Positions 38,752 to 45,827 of a DNA stretch of 64,000 nt are shown piece after piece. Source of the stretch: an uncultured Bacilli bacterium. GTDB lineage: Bacteria > Bacillota_I > Bacilli_A > RF39 > UBA660. The notes below the pieces were generated by a model. It had not been told where the DNA came from. It worked only from the letters and a program-made list of their open reading frames with translations, and did not search any database. The position numbers and the translations under genes are program-made. The stretch is taken from positions 90 through 64,089 of the forward strand of contig CAKPLY010000004.1 in assembly GCA_934167825.1 (NCBI GenBank), written 5' to 3'. How positions within the stretch are numbered: the stretch's first letter is position 1; each line of letters opens with the position of its first letter.

Positions 38752-38780
38752 TTGACATTACGGTCTAACCGTATTATTAT
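38752..38780 (+). promoter_or_regulatory. Early rightward (cro) promoter
   Basis: TTGACA - 17 nt - TATTAT; the operator lies in the spacer. Confidence 0.6.
38759..38773. promoter_or_regulatory. Operator: perfect inverted repeat TACGGT-cta-ACCGTA
   Basis: Read directly from the sequence; embedded in the promoter spacer. Confidence 0.6.
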
Positions 38781-38802
38781 TATTGTAGAAGGAGGTAAAA
38801 AA

Positions 38803-39054
38803 ATGCTAAGCAAGAGAACATCGTTCTCGTTAAAGGCGATAAGGATGAATCTCGGATTAACATTGGATGAAGCATCAGAACTAATTGGCGTTAGTAAGTA
38901 CACACTATCAAATTATGAGAATTATAAAACTGTACCAAACATAAGTAAAATAAATAAAATAGCTAGTGTATATGGTGTAAGTGTTGATGAGATCAGATTC
39001 TTGCCAAACGAGAAAGAAAAGAAGTTGTTAGCAGTAAAAAAAATGAATAAGTAG
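38803..39054 (+). CDS. Cro/XRE-type HTH regulator
   Basis: ggaggt RBS. LGLTLDEASELIGVSKYTLSNYEN HTH. Divergent from the repressor gene. Confidence 0.78.
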   Translation: MLSKRTSFSLKAIRMNLGLTLDEASELIGVSKYTLSNYENYKTVPNISKINKIASVYGVSVDEIRFLPNEKEKKLLAVKKMNK

Positions 39055-39108
39055 TATGAAGTTTTATATAGATGTAGAAAAAAAGAAAAAAATCATCATA
39101 TTTTTTTT

Positions 39109-39123
39109 ACTGTTAGAATACGG
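39109..39123. promoter_or_regulatory. Distal operator: perfect inverted repeat TACGGT-tta-ACCGTA
   Basis: Same half-sites as 38759-38773; located downstream of cro. Confidence 0.5.
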
Positions 39124-39188
39124 TTTAACCGTAATAATTGAAAGTTTTGCACGACTTTAAAATACGAAAAGAAAGGATAAGAAATTTT

Positions 39189-39356
39189 ATGAAAACTAAA
39201 AGAGAGTTGAAAATGTGGGTAAAAGTAACACTTTTATTACTACCACAAATAATAATACTAATTCAGTTGTTTTTTGTTGGATCTAAAATAAACAAAATTG
39301 CCAACGAAGAAAGAGCAGTAGCTAAGATAGAAAGTAGGTGCTACTGTGATAAATAG
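39189..39356 (+). CDS. Small single-TM phage protein
   Basis: MKTKRELKMWVKVTLLLLPQIIILIQLFFVG... The track start at 39138 is a TTG extension. Confidence 0.4.
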   Translation: MKTKRELKMWVKVTLLLLPQIIILIQLFFVGSKINKIANEERAVAKIESRCYCDK

Positions 39357-39603
39357 TTTAAATGCAGAAGAACTGCTAGAAATATTAAGTAAGTTATGGG
39401 CATCTACTGATGATATTAAAAAGATAGGATGTGTTGGAAAAAATAAAGCCTTAAAGATAAAGAATGAAATTAGAAATCAAATGGTAGATGACAATATGGT
39501 ATTCCCAAGATACATGGTATCGATGGAATATGTTAAAAAATATTTTAAAATTAATGAAAAGAAACTTAGACTTCAAGTAGCAGGGGGTGTAGTAAATGAA
39601 TAA
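39346..39603 (+). CDS. Hypothetical phage early protein
   Basis: 85-aa ORF in the operon; no recognised motif. Confidence 0.4.
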   Translation: MINSLNAEELLEILSKLWASTDDIKKIGCVGKNKALKIKNEIRNQMVDDNMVFPRYMVSMEYVKKYFKINEKKLRLQVAGGVVNE

Positions 39604-40303
39604 TAAAGATTTACAATTTCCTGAAATACCTGTTAAAGAAGAAAAAGTGAATTATGAAAGCATTATTAGTTTGCAAAAAAAGAAGAACAGTATCAGAAAA
39701 GAATTACATGAAAGAGGCATACTTCCTAAAGGAGCTCATAATGATTACGATAACTATGATTATTTTAGTGAAGCTCAGTATAAGGAATTATTTACAGAAT
39801 TATTTAGTAAACATGGAATTGAACTTCATATAGATGAAGCAGACTATGGAACTTTTGATGGAACAGATAAGCAACCATTTGGAAGAGTAGTAACATTAGC
39901 ATGTTCACTAATAGATATTGATACAGGATATGTTGAAACAAGCAGACATACAGGAGAGGGATTAGATAGAGGAGATAAAGCAGGTTATAAAGCAACAACA
40001 GGTGCAATTAAAAAGTTTTTATCATCCACTTTCTTAGTAGCTACAAAAGATGATCCTGAAAGAGAAGATGACAAACCTGTTAGCAAAAAGACTTACAGTA
40101 AGACTACAACAAAGGTTACAAAAACGGTTACAGGAAGTATTACAAAAGGTCAAATTGCAATGATTAAGTCTTTATTCAAAGATAGTAAAGAAGAATTAAA
40201 AGAAATGATGACTCCATATAAGAAAAAGAAAATAGAAGAACTTACTATGGAAGAGGCATCAAAAATAATTGAATTAAAGAAAGGAACAGGTAAAGATGAA
40301 TAA
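39596..40303 (+). CDS. ERF-like single-strand annealing protein
   Basis: N-terminal ..N.DYDNYDYFSEAQY..LF..LF.KHGIE pattern. Ser/Thr/Lys-rich C-terminus. Context includes an exonuclease and SSB. Confidence 0.45.
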   Translation: MNNKDLQFPEIPVKEEKVNYESIISLQKKKNSIRKELHERGILPKGAHNDYDNYDYFSEAQYKELFTELFSKHGIELHIDEADYGTFDGTDKQPFGRVVTLACSLIDIDTGYVETSRHTGEGLDRGDKAGYKATTGAIKKFLSSTFLVATKDDPEREDDKPVSKKTYSKTTTKVTKTVTGSITKGQIAMIKSLFKDSKEELKEMMTPYKKKKIEELTMEEASKIIELKKGTGKDE

Positions 40304-40622
40304 TTTAATAACTATAGAAAATGAGAAACCAATACTAAAAGAAGATATGGTTTTAAAAGTAATAGAAATAGAAGATAAGATTAAACAACTAAAGAATATA
40401 CAAGATGAATATAAAAAACAAATAATGGGTGCTATGGAAGAAAAAGGTGTAATTAAGATCCTAGATGATGTATCAGGATTATCAATTACATACATAGAAG
40501 CCAAAGAGAATCTTGAAAAGTTTAATCAAACTAAATTTAGAGAAGAACATCCTGATTTATTTGATGAGTATGTTACTCTCGATGGTAAGAAATCAGCCTA
40601 CATAACAATAAAGATAAAATGA
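40296..40622 (+). CDS. Hypothetical phage protein (coiled-coil)
   Basis: 108-aa ORF translationally coupled to its neighbours. Confidence 0.4.
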   Translation: MNNLITIENEKPILKEDMVLKVIEIEDKIKQLKNIQDEYKKQIMGAMEEKGVIKILDDVSGLSITYIEAKENLEKFNQTKFREEHPDLFDEYVTLDGKKSAYITIKIK

Positions 40623-41227
40623 TAGAAAGTTGGGAGATAGCAGGAGGATTACTTGAATATATAGATGAATCACATACATATCTATACGATGGAGTAATTC
40701 TTCCTAGCATTACTCAAATACTAAAGATTAAGTTCGGTAATAAATATAATGGAGTTTCAAAAGAGGTATTACAGAAAGCATCAGAAAGAGGAACAATGGT
40801 TCATCAATCAATAGAAGATTATGAGAAAAGAAATATAGATAACCCTGACATAAAAGAGTTAAGAAACTATAAGTTCCTAAAGAAAAGATTTGGATTTGAA
40901 TGCCTAGAGAATGAAATACCAATAGTGCTATTCCTAGATAATAAACCTGTATGTGCAGGAAGAATAGATCTAATTTTAAAGGAAAAGGATCAGATCGGTG
41001 TGGCTGATATAAAAAGAACAAGTGTGTTCGATAAGGAATATGTAGCATACCAAACTAATCTTTATAGAATAGGATATCAACAATGCTATGGAACAGAAAT
41101 AAGCTTCCTAAGAGGATTACACCTAAGGGAAGATGTAAGAAAGTATATAGCATTACCAATTAACGAAGATATGAGTCTATCCTTAGTTAAAAAATACTTA
41201 GAAGAAAGGAATAAAGAAAATGAATAA
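40619..41227 (+). CDS. PD-(D/E)XK (RecB/Cas4-like) phage exonuclease
   Basis: GTMVHQSIE, GRIDLI, ADIKRT and YQTNLY motifs in the canonical order. Confidence 0.62.
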   Translation: MIESWEIAGGLLEYIDESHTYLYDGVILPSITQILKIKFGNKYNGVSKEVLQKASERGTMVHQSIEDYEKRNIDNPDIKELRNYKFLKKRFGFECLENEIPIVLFLDNKPVCAGRIDLILKEKDQIGVADIKRTSVFDKEYVAYQTNLYRIGYQQCYGTEISFLRGLHLREDVRKYIALPINEDMSLSLVKKYLEERNKENE

Positions 41228-41639
41228 AGTTGTTTTAATCGGTAGGCTAACAGCCGATCCGGAGTTAAGATATACAGCCTCAAATAAGGCATATACAAGA
41301 TTTACTATTGCAGTAAATAGAAATTTTAAAAATGAAGATGGGGAATCAGAAGCAGATTTTATTAGTGTAGTAGCTTGGGAAAAAAGAGCAGAAACAATCT
41401 GTAAGTATGTTAAAAAAGGAAACAGATTAGGAATTGCAGGAAAGATCCAAACAGGTAGCTATGAAAAAGAAGATGGAAGCAGAGGATATCTAACAGATGT
41501 TATTGTTAGCGAATTAGAGTTCCTAGAAAACAAATCAAAGGATGATAGACCTGCACCTGATTATAACGAACCTGAAGAGGATCCGTTCGCAGACTTTGGA
41601 GATAGTGTAGAACTTAGTGATGATGACTTACCGTTCTAA
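41220..41639 (+). CDS. Phage single-stranded DNA-binding protein
   Basis: NKVVLIGRLTADPELRY OB-fold; acidic tail ending DDDLPF. Confidence 0.88.
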   Translation: MNKVVLIGRLTADPELRYTASNKAYTRFTIAVNRNFKNEDGESEADFISVVAWEKRAETICKYVKKGNRLGIAGKIQTGSYEKEDGSRGYLTDVIVSELEFLENKSKDDRPAPDYNEPEEDPFADFGDSVELSDDDLPF

Positions 41640-42127
41640 TGAGAACGATAGTTAAAGTAAAACAAGTCTTTAGAAATATAAAGAATCAAATGTTTTTAAT
41701 TGAAAACTTATTCTCAGATTTAGAGGTAGATCTAGAAAAAGAGTATTCATTAGAAATAAAAGAAGTTAAAAGCAAAAGAACCCTACAACAAAATAAATAT
41801 ATGTGGGCTTTAATACATGAAATAGCACACCATGAAAGTATGAATCAAAATGAGGTAGAAATATACTCACTAGCATTAGAAGAAGCTAATTCTAAATACA
41901 TATATCTAATGGGAACACCTGAAGCAGAAGATGAATTAAAAAAGAACTTCAGAGCAGTAAGAGTGGTAAGACCTACAATAGAAAACGGTAAAGAATTTAT
42001 TGTGTATAAATGCTTTATAGGTACATCAAAGATGGATACTAAGGAAATGAAGAAAGTGCTAGATATAATTATTGCTTGGGCAGAAGAGTTAGGAATAGAA
42101 ACCAATGAAGAGTATTATTCAATCTAA
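41639..42127 (+). CDS. NinB/Orf-like recombination mediator
   Basis: KSKRTLQQNKYMWALIHEI resembles the lambda NinB R-S-L-D-Q-N-x-x-x-W motif. Confidence 0.4.
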   Translation: MRTIVKVKQVFRNIKNQMFLIENLFSDLEVDLEKEYSLEIKEVKSKRTLQQNKYMWALIHEIAHHESMNQNEVEIYSLALEEANSKYIYLMGTPEAEDELKKNFRAVRVVRPTIENGKEFIVYKCFIGTSKMDTKEMKKVLDIIIAWAEELGIETNEEYYSI

Positions 42128-42404
42128 AAAGAAATGTTTTATCTGTTCCAAGCAAACAGGTCTACACGATCATCATATATACTTCGGAGTAGCTAAAAGA
42201 CCTATTAGTGAAAAACATGGATTTAAAGTGTGGCTTTGCTATGAACACCATGAGGGAACATACGGAGTACATGGTAGTAAAGGTCATGAATTAGATATAT
42301 TTCTAAAGCAAACATGTCAAAAGAAATACGAAGAAACTCATAGCCGAAATGAATTTATAGCCTTAATAGGAAAAAATTATATTATGGAGGATAAAGATGA
42401 GTGA
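42105..42404 (+). CDS. Cys/His-rich (HNH- or NinG-like) zinc-binding protein
   Basis: CFICSK...HDHHIYFG...LCYEHHEG..GVH pattern. Confidence 0.3.
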   Translation: MKSIIQSKKKCFICSKQTGLHDHHIYFGVAKRPISEKHGFKVWLCYEHHEGTYGVHGSKGHELDIFLKQTCQKKYEETHSRNEFIALIGKNYIMEDKDE

Positions 42405-42480
42405 CAGTGTAATAATAACGATAATAATATGCATTACCATTATAATTATTTACTTGTTAGGTAATAAAAGAAAGAGGTGA
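42397..42480 (+). CDS. 27-aa hydrophobic peptide
   Basis: MSDSVIITIIICITIIIIYLLGNKRKR*; start overlaps the upstream stop. Below the ORF-track cutoff. Confidence 0.25.
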   Translation: MSDSVIITIIICITIIIIYLLGNKRKR

Positions 42481-42484
42481 TGTG

Positions 42485-42799
42485 ATGGAAGAACAAGTTT
42501 ATAGTTATTTAATAACCAAGCATATAGGTAAAGATAACTTAATAAAGAATGTAGATCTAAGAAAAAGATTTAACATAAAAAGTGATAAAGCAATGAGAAA
42601 AGTAATCCAAAACATCAGAGAGAATAAAAACTACTATCTAATTGTTGGAAGTATAAGTGGAAGAACAGGTGGCTTTTTTATCTGTCAGACAGAAGAAGAG
42701 ATAGATGAAACAATAAATAATATTAGACACAGAGCTAATCAAATGCACCGTATGTGTCATATATTAGAGTGGAAGAAAGAGAAAACCTTAAATGAATAA
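42485..42799 (+). CDS. Hypothetical phage early protein
   Basis: ORF in the operon; no recognised motif. Confidence 0.4.
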   Translation: MEEQVYSYLITKHIGKDNLIKNVDLRKRFNIKSDKAMRKVIQNIRENKNYYLIVGSISGRTGGFFICQTEEEIDETINNIRHRANQMHRMCHILEWKKEKTLNE

Positions 42800-43490
42800 T
42801 ATAACAGGCTACACTCACTTCAGAAGCTATCATGACAGTATAAAGGATCTAGATAGAGAAGATAGAAGAGATATATTAGAAGCAATAGATGATTTTATGT
42901 TTGATGATATAGAACCAACATTTACAGGATTTAAAAGTGCAATATGGACTCTAATAGTTCCTAATCTAACTACAAGCAAGAACAAATCAAGAAAGTATCA
43001 AGAAGAACCAAAGAAGAAACAAACAAAAACCAAAAAGAAATCAAATTCAAATCAAAAAGAAACCAAATCCAAATCAAATGAAATGATTGACCTCCTTGAG
43101 GATAAGGATAAGGATATGGATATGGAAAAGAATAAAGAAAAAGAAGATGGAGATATTCTAAGTATTACTAATACTAAGAATATATACGAATACCTCGAGA
43201 AAAACTTTGGAAGAACGATAGCACCAATAGAAGTAGAAAAGTTAGACAGTTGGATTAAAGAATTTAACTTTGAAATAGTTAAACATGCAATAGACTCATC
43301 TGTAATGAGTGGAGTAAAAACATTTAACTATGTTGAGGGAATACTTAGAAATTGGAAAGCCTGTGGATATAAAACTCTAGATGAAATAAAAGCACACGAA
43401 GATAGTCATTACAATTCAAGAATCAGAGGCAAAGCATTAGCTAGTGAATTGTTTGACTACAATTGGCTAGAAGATGAAGACCATGACTAA
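42792..43490 (+). CDS. DnaD-domain replisome organiser
   Basis: C-terminal IYEYLEKNFGRTIAPIEVEKLDSWI....I..AI......GVKTFNYVEGILRNW DnaD/DnaB_2 motif. Confidence 0.65.
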   Translation: MNNITGYTHFRSYHDSIKDLDREDRRDILEAIDDFMFDDIEPTFTGFKSAIWTLIVPNLTTSKNKSRKYQEEPKKKQTKTKKKSNSNQKETKSKSNEMIDLLEDKDKDMDMEKNKEKEDGDILSITNTKNIYEYLEKNFGRTIAPIEVEKLDSWIKEFNFEIVKHAIDSSVMSGVKTFNYVEGILRNWKACGYKTLDEIKAHEDSHYNSRIRGKALASELFDYNWLEDEDHD

Positions 43491-43875
43491 GAGAGAATTG
43501 TCCAAGTATTATCATTTATCAAACGAAATAAAAGAAATCGAAGAACAGATAAATGAATTATCAAATAGTCTGATAGGAAGTCCAATACTAACAGGAATGC
43601 CTCACGGATCCGGAATAAGTAATCCTGTTGAACAAAAAGCATCGCTACTAATAAATCTCAAAAACAAGCTAGAGAAAAGAAAGAATAAATCTCTACAAGA
43701 ACTGATAAAAATAGAAGTTTATATTGCTTCGATCGAGAAATCTGAGATAAGAACACTATTTACAAAAAGATATATTCAATTCAAACAATGGGAAGAAATA
43801 GCAGATGAAATGCACATGAGTATAAGCAGTGTTTTTAGAAAACACTCAGATCAGTTAAAGAGGGATCAAAAATGA
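43474..43875 (+). CDS. Sigma-70 region-4-like late-gene activator (RinA/ArpU/DUF1492 class)
   Basis: C-terminal HTH QWEEIADEMHMSISSVFRKHSDQL. Sits at the early/late boundary. Confidence 0.5.
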   Translation: MKTMTKRELSKYYHLSNEIKEIEEQINELSNSLIGSPILTGMPHGSGISNPVEQKASLLINLKNKLEKRKNKSLQELIKIEVYIASIEKSEIRTLFTKRYIQFKQWEEIADEMHMSISSVFRKHSDQLKRDQK

Positions 43876-44090
43876 AAACATTTGAACATTTATCTAGATA
43901 CATAAAGCTACTTAGAAAATACAATAAATTAGAAATGGAATATGAGGTATTAAGAGAATATACCAAAGAGCATTGCTTTGATAAACTAATAGATAAAATA
44001 GGAGAGCCTGATGAACTTAAAAGACTAATAGAAGAAAATAAAAGATTAAGAATCAGGCTGAAAGAATTAAAAAAGCAGATTAAAATGTAA
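43872..44090 (+). CDS. Hypothetical coiled-coil protein
   Basis: 72-aa ORF coupled to the upstream gene. Confidence 0.4.
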   Translation: MKTFEHLSRYIKLLRKYNKLEMEYEVLREYTKEHCFDKLIDKIGEPDELKRLIEENKRLRIRLKELKKQIKM

Positions 44091-44177
44091 AAAAATACAT
44101 TTCGAGCATAAAAAACGACATTTCGTGCATAGTTTCAAAAAATAAATAAAATATATGTTATCATTAAAGTTCTAAGT

Positions 44178-44208
44178 AAAGGTGGAGCAATCCATCTTTT
44201 AATTTTTT
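44178..44208 (+). terminator. Terminator closing the early operon
   Basis: aaaggtgga-gcaa-tccatcttt followed by a T-rich run. Confidence 0.6.
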
Positions 44209-44256
44209 GATAAAAAAAGTATGGAATTTCCTGCCGAAGTGTGATATACTAAATAT

Positions 44257-44395
44257 GTAGTGATAAGATCACTACCGTTATTGAACCATTTGACTTTACC
44301 GTTCATATACTGAACACTTCACTCCTTTCTAATGAGTGGATAAAAGTCAAAGTAGTACCGAATAGATGCTAGTACAGGTCTATTCATTTTTTTTT
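44257..44395 (+). ncRNA. Structured ~135-nt region; candidate ncRNA with uncertain strand
   Basis: TGaTATACT extended -10 at 44242-44250. Hairpin gtagtgat-aag-atcactac. A 9-bp closing helix (tttgacttt 44289-97 / aaagtcaaa 44343-51) encloses two hairpins. Terminator gaataga...tctattc plus T9. Confidence 0.25.
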
Positions 44396-44417
44396 GGAAT
44401 AAAATGCCGAGCTGAGA

Positions 44418-44446
44418 TATTCAAAACTGAAAAAAGGTGGTATAAT
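44418..44446 (+). promoter_or_regulatory. Autonomous promoter of the SWIM gene
   Basis: TGgTATAAT extended -10 (44438-44446); weak -35 tattca. Confidence 0.5.
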
Positions 44447-44469
44447 ATTCTTTGAAAGAGGGTGCTATT

Positions 44470-45426
44470 ATGGTAATAGATACTAAAGAACTTTTTAACG
44501 AAACTATGAAAGATGTTACATTGGAAAGAACAGAACCTGAAGAATTACATGTACATAAAAAGGTAGAACCTGAAAAAACTACTCACGAAGAAGTAGATCC
44601 TGAAGAATTATATTATGATGAAGAGGATTTAGCAGAAGATCATGAAGATGACTTCAGCTATGTAATAAGACAAAGAGGAGAAGACTATTATCACGGCAAT
44701 CATGTATTATCAGTAAGTAAAAATGGAAATAATTATATTGGTAAAGTCGGTGGTAATTCAAATAAACCTTATGAAGTTTCAATTAGTGTTTATGGAGATG
44801 ACATAGAATATGAATGTACATGTCCATGTGATTTCCCATGTAAACATGAATATGCAGTATTACTTGCAATTAGTAACTTAGAATATGAAGAAGTTGAATT
44901 GAAACCAAGAATAAGAGAAAAAGAAACAAATTTAAAAGCATTGATTGAGTCAATCCCTGCTGAAGAAATAAAAGCATATTTATTATCACCTGTTGGGAAA
45001 GATCATGTAGCTATAGAGATGGATGCATTTAACGAACACTTTAGAAAATATCTACCAAATCAGGTATATGAATATTACTATAATAACCTATATAACAATT
45101 TGGTATTAGATACAGATTATGATGAAACTGTTGATAATTATCTAGATAGAATAAAACAGTATATAGCAGGAAGTAACTTTGAAGAATCAAGTAAAATAAT
45201 TAAAGCAATTATAACAGCATATAGAGATAGCAATAAGATTAACTTTGATGATTATATAATTGATGTTCTACCAAAAATTGGAATGTTCCTAAGAGTAACA
45301 TATAGGAAGTCTGATGATAAGGTTAGAGAAGAGATAGATAATTGGATCCAAGAATTAGAAAAAGATAATTATTATGATAATTTCTATTTAGAGGATATAA
45401 TATTCGGTTTGAAAAGTGGAAGATAG
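44470..45426 (+). CDS. SWIM zinc-finger protein with an acidic N-terminus (prophage moron)
   Basis: CTCPCDFPCKHEYAVLL matches CxCxnCxH. Own promoter; terminators on both sides. Confidence 0.7.
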   Translation: MVIDTKELFNETMKDVTLERTEPEELHVHKKVEPEKTTHEEVDPEELYYDEEDLAEDHEDDFSYVIRQRGEDYYHGNHVLSVSKNGNNYIGKVGGNSNKPYEVSISVYGDDIEYECTCPCDFPCKHEYAVLLAISNLEYEEVELKPRIREKETNLKALIESIPAEEIKAYLLSPVGKDHVAIEMDAFNEHFRKYLPNQVYEYYYNNLYNNLVLDTDYDETVDNYLDRIKQYIAGSNFEESSKIIKAIITAYRDSNKINFDDYIIDVLPKIGMFLRVTYRKSDDKVREEIDNWIQELEKDNYYDNFYLEDIIFGLKSGR

Positions 45427-45438
45427 AAGTTCGGCACG

Positions 45439-45464
45439 AAAGGTGGATACATCCACCTTTTTTT
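45439..45464 (+). terminator. Terminator after the SWIM gene
   Basis: aaaggtggat-ac-atccaccttt followed by a T-run; near-duplicate of the hairpin at 44178. Confidence 0.75.
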
Positions 45465-45505
45465 GATATAATAATTTACTGAAAAATATTGTTTGGAGGT
45501 AATGC

Positions 45506-45619
45506 ATGAGCGAAGAAAAAGAAAAAAAATTTAAGGAAATTATAATCAACTATTTGATAAGTCAAATTCAAAAAGAGGAGAAAAAGAAAAATGATAAGAA
45601 AGTACAAGATAAGATGTAA
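45506..45619 (+). CDS. 37-aa Lys/Glu-rich ORF
   Basis: ggaggt RBS. MSEEKEKKFKEIIINYLISQIQKEEKKKNDKKVQDKM*. Confidence 0.25.
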   Translation: MSEEKEKKFKEIIINYLISQIQKEEKKKNDKKVQDKM

Positions 45620-45827
45620 AAATTGTGGAGATATTTTAGAAACAAAGATACCTGTGAAATCAAAGATAACTTGTAGTTGTGGGGATATAGCAATATACAG
45701 CGACTATATAGCATTCGGAATGATAACAAAGAAAAAAGATTATAATGAATGTTATGAAAGTTTAGATAAAAATTTATCAATAAAAGAAGTAGAAGATTAT
45801 TTAAAAGAAGAAGAAAATGTACACTGA
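45591..45827 (+). CDS. Small zinc-ribbon protein
   Basis: CKNCG ... CSCG pairs; stop overlaps the recombinase start. Confidence 0.45.
   Translation: MIRKYKIRCKNCGDILETKIPVKSKITCSCGDIAIYSDYIAFGMITKKKDYNECYESLDKNLSIKEVEDYLKEEENVH

Noticed and set aside
39138-39188. TTG-initiated 17-codon extension of the small phage membrane protein
   Set aside because: It has no RBS and overlaps the 23-nt inverted-repeat arm. ATG 39189, preceded by aaagga, gives a typical signal-anchor start.
36600-44100. Idea that the int-to-late-activator segment is a separate satellite/PICI-like element sitting beside a second prophage that uses the serine recombinase
   Set aside because: The early genes, the sigma-like late activator and the HNH/terminase/head/tail genes are collinear and co-oriented, exactly as in a single temperate siphovirus. 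The serine recombinase points into the late genes rather than lying at a host junction. A nested insertion is the more economical reading, although this was not tested.
44199-44306. Minus-strand 35-codon ORF starting MNGKVKWFNN considered as a functional cold-shock gene
   Set aside because: Only the first 10 residues match Csp proteins. The RNP motifs (KGFGFI, VFVHF) are absent, the GGAG lies ~15 nt from the ATG, and the ORF is half the normal length. It is treated as a remnant.
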